From an uncultured Oscillospiraceae bacterium (GTDB taxonomy: Bacteria; Bacillota; Clostridia; Peptostreptococcales; Anaerovoracaceae): a stretch of 64,000 bases of DNA. Positions 29,653 through 38,280 of the stretch are shown in pieces. The stretch lies in the NCBI GenBank assembly GCA_964346675.1, contig CAYFUZ010000001.1, positions 19,272 through 83,271 of the forward strand, given 5' to 3'. Position numbers and translations under genes: made by a program. Under the pieces are notes generated by a model, which was not told where the DNA came from, did not search any database, and saw only the letters and a list, made by a program, of their open reading frames with translations. Positions within the stretch are counted from its first letter, which is position 1, and the number at the start of each line of letters is the position of its first letter.

Positions 29653-30833
29653 TAAAGATTAATAAAAAACTATTGGCAATACTTATCGCTGCCGCGGTGC
29701 TGCTTGGTGCGGGTGCCGTAATAGTCATGGCTGGAAACGGTGTGGGCGGAACCGCCCTGTTGTCATCGGAGGCATACTCAGAATATAAGACCTACATGAA
29801 TCGCTATGACAAGCTGAACACTATCCTCGAATACGTCGAGCAGAATTACTATGCGGATGTGGACGAGGAAAATCTTCTGGACGGTGCTTACAGCGGTCTT
29901 GTTGCCGGTCTTGGAGACAGATATTCGGAATATATTCCCGAGGACATGGTAGATTCATTTTATCAGGATATGTCCGGCAAGTTCTATGGTATAGGCATGA
30001 CTTTTAACGAGAATGCGGACGGTGAATGTGAAGTTGTAAGTTGTTATATAGACAGTCCCGCCGAAAAGGGAGGGATTAAATCCGGAGATATTGTTGTCTC
30101 TGTAGACGGTGTCAGTGTGGTGGGCCTGAGTACTCTTGAAATTCGTGATATGATAAGAGGCGAGGACGGAACAGTTGTGGAATTGACCTTGCGGCGCGGA
30201 GAAGAAGAGTACAGCGTGTCCATGACTCGCCAGGAATTTGATGAACAAACCGTAAGCTACAATATGCTCGAAGACAATATAGGCTATATTTATATCGCCT
30301 CCTTTGTCGACTCCACGCCCGAAGAATTTGCGCGTGCGCTTAAAGAGATTGAAGAAAATAATGCCATAGGTCTTATAATAGATTTAAGATACAATGGAGG
30401 CGGCTTTGTGGACTCTGCATGCGAAATAGCGGATATGTTGATGGATAACGGTACCATAGCGTATGCTCTTGCCAAGGACGGAAGCAAGGAAGTGTACACT
30501 ACGCAGGATGGAAGAACGTCTCTTAACTATGTTCTGCTGGTCAACGGCTACACGGCTTCGGCCGCCGAAATATTGACAATAGGAATTCAGGACAACAATG
30601 AAGGGTATATTGTAGGCGAACAGACTTACGGAAAAGGTGTAATTCAGATTACTTACGGTATGAATGATGGCAGCGCAATCAAGCTGACCTTTATGGAATA
30701 TTTTTCCCCGTCGGGGCAGAAAATACACGGCGTGGGAATTACCCCCGATTATGTTGTGGAACTTACTTTTGAAGATACTGAGGATACTCAGATTAATAAA
30801 GCAATAGAGCTGATAAAAGCAGGAGGAAATTAA
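29649..30833 (+). CDS. ctpA: S41 family C-terminal processing (tail-specific) peptidase with PDZ domain
   Basis: 394 aa. N-terminal anchor, PDZ (PAEKGGIKSGDIVVSVDG), S41 core (IIDLRYNGGG, GYTASAAE, YGKGV). ATGA overlap with recJ. Confidence 0.88.
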   Translation: MIKINKKLLAILIAAAVLLGAGAVIVMAGNGVGGTALLSSEAYSEYKTYMNRYDKLNTILEYVEQNYYADVDEENLLDGAYSGLVAGLGDRYSEYIPEDMVDSFYQDMSGKFYGIGMTFNENADGECEVVSCYIDSPAEKGGIKSGDIVVSVDGVSVVGLSTLEIRDMIRGEDGTVVELTLRRGEEEYSVSMTRQEFDEQTVSYNMLEDNIGYIYIASFVDSTPEEFARALKEIEENNAIGLIIDLRYNGGGFVDSACEIADMLMDNGTIAYALAKDGSKEVYTTQDGRTSLNYVLLVNGYTASAAEILTIGIQDNNEGYIVGEQTYGKGVIQITYGMNDGSAIKLTFMEYFSPSGQKIHGVGITPDYVVELTFEDTEDTQINKAIELIKAGGN

Positions 30834-31591
30834 TGTTCTTCTTTTTCAGAAGCTATGCGTATGTGTTGATTGCCGCGGCGGTTATTCCCGCTGTACTTCT
30901 TATCAGATACGTCTACAAAGTAGATAGGCTGGAGAGAGAACCACCGCAGATGATTATCAGGCTGGTTCTCCTCGGAGTCGCATCCACTTACGCAGCTCTT
31001 ATTCTTGAAAAGTTCGGCATGGTTATTATGAACTCCATGGAATGGGAGAGCGAACGGGTATTCTACATGTTTGAATTTTTTGTAATTGTAGGTCCGGTTG
31101 AGGAGCTGGTCAAATATCTGGCCTTAAGATACGGTTCTTGGAAGAGCCCGCACTTTAACTGCCAGTTCGATGCAATAGTTTATTCGGTGTCGGTGGCTCT
31201 CGGTTTTGCTCTTTGGGAAAATATCAATTATGTATTTGCCTACGGCTTTACAACGGCTCTTATAAGAGCGGTTACCGCGATACCGGGGCATGCGAGCTTT
31301 GGAGTATTCATGGGAGTGTGGTACGGTGTCGCAAAAAGGCAGCATGTAAAGGGTAATCATACGGCGGCCAAAATATTCAATTTAATTGCATGGCTGATGC
31401 CCGCAATAACGCATGGTCTGTACGACTATCTTGCAACCATCAGTTCCGGCGGAGCTGATTGGCTTTTCCTCATATTTATTGCGATCATGTTTTTCATATG
31501 CTATTCCGTGGTCAAAAGGCTTTCCGCAAATGACCGTTATCTGGATTCGGGATCCGGAGGCGGACAGGGGCCTACAATTATAGATGTTTAA
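30833..31591 (+). CDS. PrsW-family intramembrane protease
   Basis: 252 aa polytopic protein with PrsW/CAAX-like motifs (PVEELVKY, FALWEN, HASFG, HGLYD). TAATG overlap with ctpA. Confidence 0.8.
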   Translation: MFFFFRSYAYVLIAAAVIPAVLLIRYVYKVDRLEREPPQMIIRLVLLGVASTYAALILEKFGMVIMNSMEWESERVFYMFEFFVIVGPVEELVKYLALRYGSWKSPHFNCQFDAIVYSVSVALGFALWENINYVFAYGFTTALIRAVTAIPGHASFGVFMGVWYGVAKRQHVKGNHTAAKIFNLIAWLMPAITHGLYDYLATISSGGADWLFLIFIAIMFFICYSVVKRLSANDRYLDSGSGGGQGPTIIDV

Positions 31592-31616
31592 TTTTTCAAA
31601 GGGGGTAGATTAGAAA

Positions 31617-32501
31617 ATGGAATGGATTATTTATCCGATTGTAGTTATCATTATTGTTTTGTGCGCTGCGTGCATTAAGATAGTGCCGCAGGCAAACGCT
31701 TGGGTTGTAGAATTCTTAGGGAAGTATAAAGAAACATGGCATGCGGGGCTGCATTTCAAGGTTCCGATTGTTTACAGAATTACCAAAAAAATTTCTTTAA
31801 AAGAACAGGTTGCAGACTTTGAACCTCAACCGGTTATCACAAAAGACAACGTAACCATGATGGTTGATTCGGTAGTATTCTTCTACATATTTGATGCTAA
31901 GCTCTTTGCATACGGAGTGGCAAGGCCCATAGCGGCTATTGAAAATTTATCGGCTACGACGCTCAGAAATATCATAGGTTCGATGACGCTTGATGAAACG
32001 CTTACAAGCAGGGATGAGATCAACGAAAGAATCACAGCTATACTTGATGAGGCGACGGACAAATGGGGTATTCAGGTAAACAGGGTAGAAGTTAAGAACA
32101 TATCTCCTCCTCGCAGCATTCAGGAAGCCATGGAGAAGCAGATGAAGGCGGAGCGTGAAAAGCGAGAGGCGATTCTTACCGCAGAAGGACAGAAACAGTC
32201 TGCCATTACCCTCGCAGAGGGAGAAAAGCAGGCGGCTATTCTCCGTGCGGAGGCTTCAAAAGAGCAGCGTATCAGGGAGGCTGAAGGTGAAGCTGAGGCT
32301 CTGCTCGAGGTTCAAAAGGCCAAAGCGGAAGGCATTAGACTTATTAATGAGGCGGATCCTTCCGAGAAATATTTAAAGCTTAAATCCTTTGAAACAGCTG
32401 AAAAGATGGCAAACGGGCAGGCCACCAAGATTATCGTGCCCTCCGATATAGCCAACCTTACGGGCACTATCGCTGCGCTGAAGGAAGGAGCTAAAGACTG
32501 A
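31617..32501 (+). CDS. SPFH/Band 7 (stomatin/flotillin-like) membrane scaffold protein
   Basis: 294 aa. N-terminal TM, SPFH core (IKIVPQANAWVVEFLGKY ... LDETLTSRDEIN), Ala/Glu-rich coiled C-terminus. Confidence 0.9.
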   Translation: MEWIIYPIVVIIIVLCAACIKIVPQANAWVVEFLGKYKETWHAGLHFKVPIVYRITKKISLKEQVADFEPQPVITKDNVTMMVDSVVFFYIFDAKLFAYGVARPIAAIENLSATTLRNIIGSMTLDETLTSRDEINERITAILDEATDKWGIQVNRVEVKNISPPRSIQEAMEKQMKAEREKREAILTAEGQKQSAITLAEGEKQAAILRAEASKEQRIREAEGEAEALLEVQKAKAEGIRLINEADPSEKYLKLKSFETAEKMANGQATKIIVPSDIANLTGTIAALKEGAKD

Positions 32502-33052
32502 TGGGCGACGGATTCAGTTTTGTCCTGGCAGTAATTTTTTGGGTGGCGCTTACGGCTTTTATGCGCAAAGCCTTCAAAAAGGGCAAGGACGGTGAAACGC
32601 AGAGAATACGTATGTTTTCGAATCGATCGGATTTTAATCGCATGGAAAATATTTCTCAGCCCGCTGAAAGAAATGATGTTTCCGAGCCGCTGAGAAAAAT
32701 GCCTCAGCGCATTGTCAAAGCAGATGAACCCGAACGAATTCGTTATGCAATCTCTGATGCTGACGGCAGCGAAACGGTTTCTGCAGGCAAGATGAAAATA
32801 AACGAGGATAAATCAGGAATGTTTCCTTTCGAGGATAGAAAATATGATTGGCTCGCCCGCCAGATTGAAGAAGAAAAAAGGCTGTCAATGTGCGGACCGC
32901 TCAGCATGCTGGACGGAGGTCCCCGCGGCGCCGCAAGGCTCAACAGATTGGAGCATGAAGTCGATTGTGACGCCGAATATATACGAGAGAAACACGCCAG
33001 AGCCTGCAACGCAGCCGCGGCAAAAGAAGCCTTGAAAAGTTTGTTCAAATGA
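32501..33052 (+). CDS. Hypothetical single-pass membrane protein, translationally coupled to the SPFH gene
   Basis: 183 aa. N-terminal TM (FSFVLAVIFWVALTAF), charged soluble remainder. TGATG overlap with the SPFH gene. No family recognised. Confidence 0.55.
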   Translation: MGDGFSFVLAVIFWVALTAFMRKAFKKGKDGETQRIRMFSNRSDFNRMENISQPAERNDVSEPLRKMPQRIVKADEPERIRYAISDADGSETVSAGKMKINEDKSGMFPFEDRKYDWLARQIEEEKRLSMCGPLSMLDGGPRGAARLNRLEHEVDCDAEYIREKHARACNAAAAKEALKSLFK

Positions 33053-33055
33053 GTT

Positions 33056-33094
33056 TTAAAAACCGGCCCCGCATTAGACGCGAGGCCGGTTTTG
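33056..33094. terminator. Bidirectional rho-independent terminator between convergent genes
   Basis: 9-bp stem AAACCGGCC / GGCCGGTTT flanked by an A tract upstream and a T tract downstream, so it can serve both strands. Confidence 0.7.
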
Positions 33095-33109
33095 GATGTT
33101 TTGCCGCTT

Positions 33110-33403
33110 TCAGCTTTTCTTCATTCTTTCAAGTATGCTTGTATATCCATCCGCGCCGTATGAAAGGCACTTATTGATTCGGGATATTGTCGCGGTGGAT
33201 GCTTTGGTTGCCTGCTCGATTTCGGCGTATGTTTTGCCCTCGTCGAGCATTCGAGCCACCTGCCAGCGCTGGGCGAAGGATTGAATTTCTTTTATGGTCA
33301 TAAGATCTTCAAAGAACTTGTAACAGTCCTCCCTCGTTTTAAGCAAAAGGAAAGCGTCGCAGAGTGCGTCGGTTTCTTTGTTTTTAAGTTTGCTTTCGCT
33401 CAT
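33110..33403 (-). CDS. YerC/YecD-type TrpR-related DNA-binding protein
   Basis: 97 aa. Strongly family-typical sequence (LCDAFLLLKT.ED.YKFFEDL.T..E....AQRW.VA.ML.EG.TY..I...T.AS.ATISR..K.L.YG..GY). Confidence 0.85.
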   Translation of the reverse strand: MSESKLKNKETDALCDAFLLLKTREDCYKFFEDLMTIKEIQSFAQRWQVARMLDEGKTYAEIEQATKASTATISRINKCLSYGADGYTSILERMKKS

Positions 33404-33445
33404 CTTCTCCTCCTATTCTTTAATGAAGCAAATGAGAACATTGCT

Positions 33446-33475
33446 ATTATACTCTGCCGCGCTAAAGTTTGACAA
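33446..33475 (-). promoter_or_regulatory. Putative promoter of the yerC-like gene (TTGTCA, 18 nt spacer, TATAAT on the minus strand)
   Basis: Read from the reverse complement. Its -35 overlaps the -35 of the divergent plus-strand promoter. Confidence 0.4.
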
Positions 33476-33497
33476 CACAAAAAGCGCAATGTAAAAT
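33469..33497 (+). promoter_or_regulatory. Putative promoter (TTGACA, 17 nt spacer, TAAAAT) ending 9 nt before the ATG at 33507
   Basis: Consensus -35 with ideal spacing. There is no Shine-Dalgarno sequence between the -10 and the ATG. Confidence 0.5.
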
Positions 33498-33506
33498 ACT
33501 GTAAGT

Positions 33507-34469
33507 ATGAAAATATACATTATTGAAAAGAAAAAAGGACGGGTTTATAAATCCGAGGATATAGTATGTTCTTTGACCGGATTGGAACTAATCCATGATG
33601 AAAAAGGTGCTCCTGTTGTTCCGGGCTTTTATATTTCCATATCAGACACAAGAAATTACTGGGCATTGGCGCTTTGCGCCGAAGCGCCTATAGGTATCGA
33701 TATAGAGGAAATTTCCAGGCCGGTCAGGGCAACTGTTGCAAAGAGGCTTCATAAGACCGAGCGTGAGTATTTGTCAGCACTGGATGAAGAGAGCCGTGAA
33801 TGGAAGGAGGAGTTCCTGTCCATCTGGACTCGCAAAGAGGCATATATGAAACTCAAGGGAGAGGGCCTGAGGATGGGGCTTTCCTCTTTTTGTGTCATTG
33901 ATGACGGACAGAGCAAATCGTTTGTTAGAAAGAATCTGGTGATAGGAATTGCCGGAGATAGCTGTGAATACGAGATTGAGGACTGCGATTACGATGCTCC
34001 TTTTGAGAAAAGCTGTCTTGAAGCTGCGGCGGACATTCTTGCCCTTCGTATGCACGGCACGGAAGAACTTAAGAAAAAGCTTCACGGCAAAGGATATTCC
34101 GATAAGGATATTGAAGAAACCGTGAAAAAACTTAAGGGATACAATTACCTTAATGACGGTGTATACGCTAAGATTAAAGCCGAAAACCTTTCACGCGGCG
34201 GTAAAGCCCCGAGGCTTATAGAGGCGGAGCTGAGAAAACGAGGTCTGTCAAAGGAGGACGCCGTGGCTGCGGCTTCTGTATATAAGGAAGGACAAAAGGA
34301 GGCGGCGGAATCAATCGCCGATAAGCTTTGCGTTTCGGCAAAGCTTCCTGAAGGAGAAAATCGTGCGGGAGCAGTTCGCAGGCTTAAGGCAAAAATAGCC
34401 CGTAAACTTGAGTCTTTAGGCTATGAATCAAATGTTATATATGATATACTCGACAAGTTGAAATTGTAG
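33507..34469 (+). CDS. Fusion protein: short Sfp-type 4'-phosphopantetheinyl transferase domain plus RecX-like domain
   Basis: 320 aa. N-terminal half has PPTase motifs (EKGAPVV, ISISDT, GIDIEE, WTRKEAYMKLKGEG). C-terminal half has RecX-like three-helix repeats (ALRMHGTEELKKKLHGKGYSDKDIEETVKKLKGYNYLNDGVYA ... EAELRKRGLSKED ... LESLGYESNVI). Confidence 0.7.
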   Translation: MKIYIIEKKKGRVYKSEDIVCSLTGLELIHDEKGAPVVPGFYISISDTRNYWALALCAEAPIGIDIEEISRPVRATVAKRLHKTEREYLSALDEESREWKEEFLSIWTRKEAYMKLKGEGLRMGLSSFCVIDDGQSKSFVRKNLVIGIAGDSCEYEIEDCDYDAPFEKSCLEAAADILALRMHGTEELKKKLHGKGYSDKDIEETVKKLKGYNYLNDGVYAKIKAENLSRGGKAPRLIEAELRKRGLSKEDAVAAASVYKEGQKEAAESIADKLCVSAKLPEGENRAGAVRRLKAKIARKLESLGYESNVIYDILDKLKL

Positions 34470-34518
34470 AATTGTATACAATATTTATCTGACTATATCT
34501 ATTATAAAGGAATTTATT

Positions 34519-37500
34519 ATGTACAAAAATTTATCCGATCAGCCGATTGCAGAGGTGCAGCTTGCTCAAGCCGACAAATGGGACGCAGAAGATATCCTCC
34601 GGAAATGTGTAGACGCCAGAGAAGGTTGTCCCAACTTCATTTTCTATGAAGGACCCCCGACAGCTAACGGAAAGCCGGGTATACATCATGTTATATCAAG
34701 GACTCTTAAGGATTCCGTTTGTCGTTATAAGACAATGCGGGGATACAAGGTGCAACGCAAAGCCGGATGGGATACACACGGATTGCCTGTTGAAATTGAA
34801 GTTGAAAAGCAGCTCGGATTCGATGGAAAAAAAGATATTGAGAGCTACGGAATCAAAGCTTTTAATGAAAAGTGCAAGGCTTCGGTTTTTAAATACGGAG
34901 CGCTTTGGCGCGATATGACCCGCCGCATGGGTTATCTCATAGATATGGATAATCCGTACATCACTCTGGAAAACGATTATATCGAAACCGGCTGGTGGAT
35001 ACTAAAGGAGTTCTTCAAGGCGGGGCTGATATACGAGGGCCATAAGGTTATCCCTTACTGCCCGCGCTGCGGAACGGGTCTTGCTTCTCATGAGGTTGCC
35101 CAGGGTTACAAGATGGTAAAGGTTCAGACCCTTACTGTTCCGTTCAAAAAAAAGGGTGAGGAAAACACGTATTTTCTGGCTTGGACAACCACGGCGTGGA
35201 CGCTGGCCGCAAATGAATTTTTGGCCGTGGGTCCTGAAATAGATTACGTAAAAGCGAAGCAAAACGGGAAGTTTTATTATCTTGCCAAGGATTTGGCCGA
35301 TGTGGTACTAGCCGGTGAGTACGAGATAGTTGAAGAGATGAAGGGCAAGGACCTGGAACTTATGGAATACGAGCAGTTAATGCCGTTTGTTGAGATTCCG
35401 GGCCGTGCGTTTTTCGTCGGTTGTTCGGATTTCGTTTCGACGGATGGCGGAACGGGAATAGTACACTGCGCTCCGGCGTTCGGAGAAGATGACTATAACG
35501 CAGGCAGAAAGTACGATGTCGTGGTGGTTAACCCCGTTGATGAAGAAGGCAGGTATACGGCAACTCCCTGGGCCGGTCGTTTTATCATAGAGGACGGTCT
35601 GGATGTTGAAATTATCAAGTGGCTGGCCGCAAACGAGAAGCTTTACGCAAAAGAAAGGTTGGAACACAATTACCCGCACTGCTGGCGCTGCGATACGCCT
35701 CTTATATACTATGCAAAGCCTTCCTGGTATATCGAAATGACCGCTCTAAGAGATCAGCTTGTGGCAAACAACAATACGGTGGCATGGCATCCCGCATATG
35801 TAGGCGAGGGCCGCTTCGGCAACTGGATTGCTGATGTTAAAGACTGGTCTATTTCAAGAAATCGTTACTGGGGAACGCCGATTAATATCTGGAGATGCCC
35901 GGATTGCGGCAAGCTTGAATCCATAGGTTCAAGAAAAGAACTTGTGGAAAAGGCAATTGAAAACATTGACGAAAGCATAGAATTGCATCGTCCGTATGTT
36001 GATGAGGTTCATATCAAGTGTTCGGACTGCGGTGCCGTTATGAGCAGAATTCCTGAGGTTATGGACTGCTGGTTCGACTCCGGCGCAATGCCGTTTGCGC
36101 AAATGCACTATCCGTTTGAGCATAAAGAAGAGTTTGAAAAGGAGTATTTTCCGGCCGATTTTATATGCGAGGGCATAGATCAGACGAGAGGCTGGTTCTA
36201 TTCGCTTATGGCGATTTCAACATTTATCATGGGACAGGCGCCATATAAGAATGTGCTTGTAAACGATCATATTCTCGACAAAGAAGGAAAGAAAATGAGC
36301 AAACACAAGGGCAATACGGTTGACCCGTTTAAGCTCTTTGATCAATACGGCGCAGACTCCACACGCTGGTACTTGCTTTCCGTTTCTCCTGTGTGGCTCC
36401 CCACCAGATTCGACGAGGACGGACTTAAGGATATACAGGGTAAATTTTTCGGAACACTGAGAAACGTATACAACTTCTTCGTGCTTTACGCAAATACCGA
36501 TAATATCGATGCCAAGAATTGCTTTGTGGATTATGCCAAGCGTCCGGAGCTTGATCGTTGGATACTGTCCAAGTACAATCGTGTAATCGCAGAATCGGAG
36601 GCTGCTATGGATAATTACGACCATAACGCCTTTGTCCGTGCTGTTCAGAATTTCGTAACGGAAGATCTTTCCAACTGGTATATAAGAAGAGCAAGAAGAA
36701 GATTTTACGCCGAAGGAATGAGCGAGGATAAAAAAGCCGTATATTCCACAAGCTACGAAATCCTGGTAGGTCTTGCAAAGCTGATGGCCCCGATAGCTCC
36801 GTTCATTACGGATGAAATATATATTAATCTGACCGGAGAGGATACCGTTCACACCGCCTATTATCCCGAGCCCGATGCGTCTTTGATAGATAATGATCTT
36901 GAAGAGAGAATGGATCTTGTAAGGTCAATTGTAACAATGGGTCGCGGTGTAAGAGAAAAGACGAAAATCAAGGTTCGTCAGCCCTTGCCGGAGCTTCTTG
37001 TTGACGGCAAATACGAAGAAAAAATAGCCTACATGACGGATCTTATAAAGGAAGAGCTTAATGTCAAAAATGTAAGATTCGAGAAGGATATGGATACATA
37101 CCTCAACTACACGCTGACGCCCGATTTCAGGGTAGCGGGTCCTAAGCTCGGCTCCAAGATAAAAGCCTTCGGCGCAGCCATAGCAAAGATGAATCCCAGG
37201 GAAGTTCTTGAAACTCTGGCCAAAGATTCAAAACTTATACTTACGCTTGATGGCGAGGAAACCGAAATAAGCGAAGATATGCTGTCCTCCAGTGTTACGG
37301 CCAAGGAAGGTTTTGATATGGCTCTTGAAAACGGAGTATGCGTAATACTCGATACTCATTTGAGCGATGATCTTGTGTGCGAAGGAATTGCGCGCGAGTT
37401 TATCTCCAAGATTCAGCAGATGCGCAAGCAAAAAGACTTTGAAATGATGGATAGGATATGTATATCCATATGCGCGGATGAGCATTGCAAAAAAATGTTG

Positions 37501-37623
37501 GAAGAATATAAAGACTACATTCAAAGCGAGACTCTTGCGGATGAGATTATCTGCTGCGAAAATCTTTTACGTGAATATGATATAAACGGTCACGAAGCGG
37601 GGATAAAAATCGAAAAAACCTAA
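34519..37623 (+). CDS. ileS: Isoleucine--tRNA ligase, long type-2 form
   Basis: 1034 aa. HIGH-type motif (PGIHHV), KMSKS (KMSKHKGN), editing domain, and a long C-terminal extension without the type-1 zinc-finger tail. Confidence 0.93.
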   Translation: MYKNLSDQPIAEVQLAQADKWDAEDILRKCVDAREGCPNFIFYEGPPTANGKPGIHHVISRTLKDSVCRYKTMRGYKVQRKAGWDTHGLPVEIEVEKQLGFDGKKDIESYGIKAFNEKCKASVFKYGALWRDMTRRMGYLIDMDNPYITLENDYIETGWWILKEFFKAGLIYEGHKVIPYCPRCGTGLASHEVAQGYKMVKVQTLTVPFKKKGEENTYFLAWTTTAWTLAANEFLAVGPEIDYVKAKQNGKFYYLAKDLADVVLAGEYEIVEEMKGKDLELMEYEQLMPFVEIPGRAFFVGCSDFVSTDGGTGIVHCAPAFGEDDYNAGRKYDVVVVNPVDEEGRYTATPWAGRFIIEDGLDVEIIKWLAANEKLYAKERLEHNYPHCWRCDTPLIYYAKPSWYIEMTALRDQLVANNNTVAWHPAYVGEGRFGNWIADVKDWSISRNRYWGTPINIWRCPDCGKLESIGSRKELVEKAIENIDESIELHRPYVDEVHIKCSDCGAVMSRIPEVMDCWFDSGAMPFAQMHYPFEHKEEFEKEYFPADFICEGIDQTRGWFYSLMAISTFIMGQAPYKNVLVNDHILDKEGKKMSKHKGNTVDPFKLFDQYGADSTRWYLLSVSPVWLPTRFDEDGLKDIQGKFFGTLRNVYNFFVLYANTDNIDAKNCFVDYAKRPELDRWILSKYNRVIAESEAAMDNYDHNAFVRAVQNFVTEDLSNWYIRRARRRFYAEGMSEDKKAVYSTSYEILVGLAKLMAPIAPFITDEIYINLTGEDTVHTAYYPEPDASLIDNDLEERMDLVRSIVTMGRGVREKTKIKVRQPLPELLVDGKYEEKIAYMTDLIKEELNVKNVRFEKDMDTYLNYTLTPDFRVAGPKLGSKIKAFGAAIAKMNPREVLETLAKDSKLILTLDGEETEISEDMLSSSVTAKEGFDMALENGVCVILDTHLSDDLVCEGIAREFISKIQQMRKQKDFEMMDRICISICADEHCKKMLEEYKDYIQSETLADEIICCENLLREYDINGHEAGIKIEKT

Positions 37624-37634
37624 AGCTTCTGAGA

Positions 37635-37659
37635 GGCCTTATTTTGCAAGGCCGTTTTT
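37635..37659 (+). terminator. Probable ileS terminator embedded in the 3' end of the convergent nth gene
   Basis: Stem GGCCTT / AAGGCC, 7-nt loop, then GTTTTT. It begins 12 nt after the ileS stop. Confidence 0.45.
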
Positions 37660-38280
37660 CATGCAGCTTGTGCTGATGCAGCAGCTCTCGCATTCGGGAT
37701 TTCGAGCCTTGCATACGAGGCGCCCATGCCATATAAGTGCATGGTGCATCTTTGTCCAGTTATCGTAAGGGATGGCTTTTTGAAGCTGAAGTTCCGTGTC
37801 AAGAACATTGTACGCATCGGCCAGTCCGGTTCTGTTTGCCAGCCTGAATACATGGGTGTCGACTGCTATTGCCTGCTTTCCGAAGGCCGTTGAGAGCATT
37901 ACGTTCGCAGTTTTTCTTCCGACTCCGGAAAGAGTAATCAAATCATTGAGCTTCTCCGGTACTTCTCCGTTGAAACGCTCGATGAGCTGACGTGAAAGTT
38001 CAATTACGTGTTTTGCTTTACTTCTATAGAGTCCTATGCTTCGTATGTATTCTTCAAGTTTATCTTGTCCGAGCCTCAGCATGGCTTCGGGCGTAGGTGC
38101 TTCTTTGAATAGCTTAGGCGTGACTTTGTTAACCGAGCTGTCTGTCGCCTGTGCTGAAAGCACCACCGCTACCAGCAGTTGATAATTGCTTTCAAAATTC
38201 AGCGCGCATTGCGCATCCGGATAAGCTTTAAGCAGGTCCGCTATGAGCTGCTTTCTTTTTGCCTTTGTAAGCCTCTTCAT
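37639..38280 (-). CDS. nth: Endonuclease III (DNA-(apurinic or apyrimidinic site) lyase)
   Basis: 213 aa. HhH-GPD motif (LSGVGRKTANVML), catalytic region (AVDTHV), C-terminal 4Fe-4S Cys cluster (CKARNPECESCCISTSC). Confidence 0.93.
   Translation of the reverse strand: MKRLTKAKRKQLIADLLKAYPDAQCALNFESNYQLLVAVVLSAQATDSSVNKVTPKLFKEAPTPEAMLRLGQDKLEEYIRSIGLYRSKAKHVIELSRQLIERFNGEVPEKLNDLITLSGVGRKTANVMLSTAFGKQAIAVDTHVFRLANRTGLADAYNVLDTELQLQKAIPYDNWTKMHHALIWHGRLVCKARNPECESCCISTSCMKNGLAK

Noticed and set aside
34470-34518. T-box leader upstream of ileS.
   Set aside because: The intergenic spacer is only 49 nt, with no specifier hairpin or T-box sequence.
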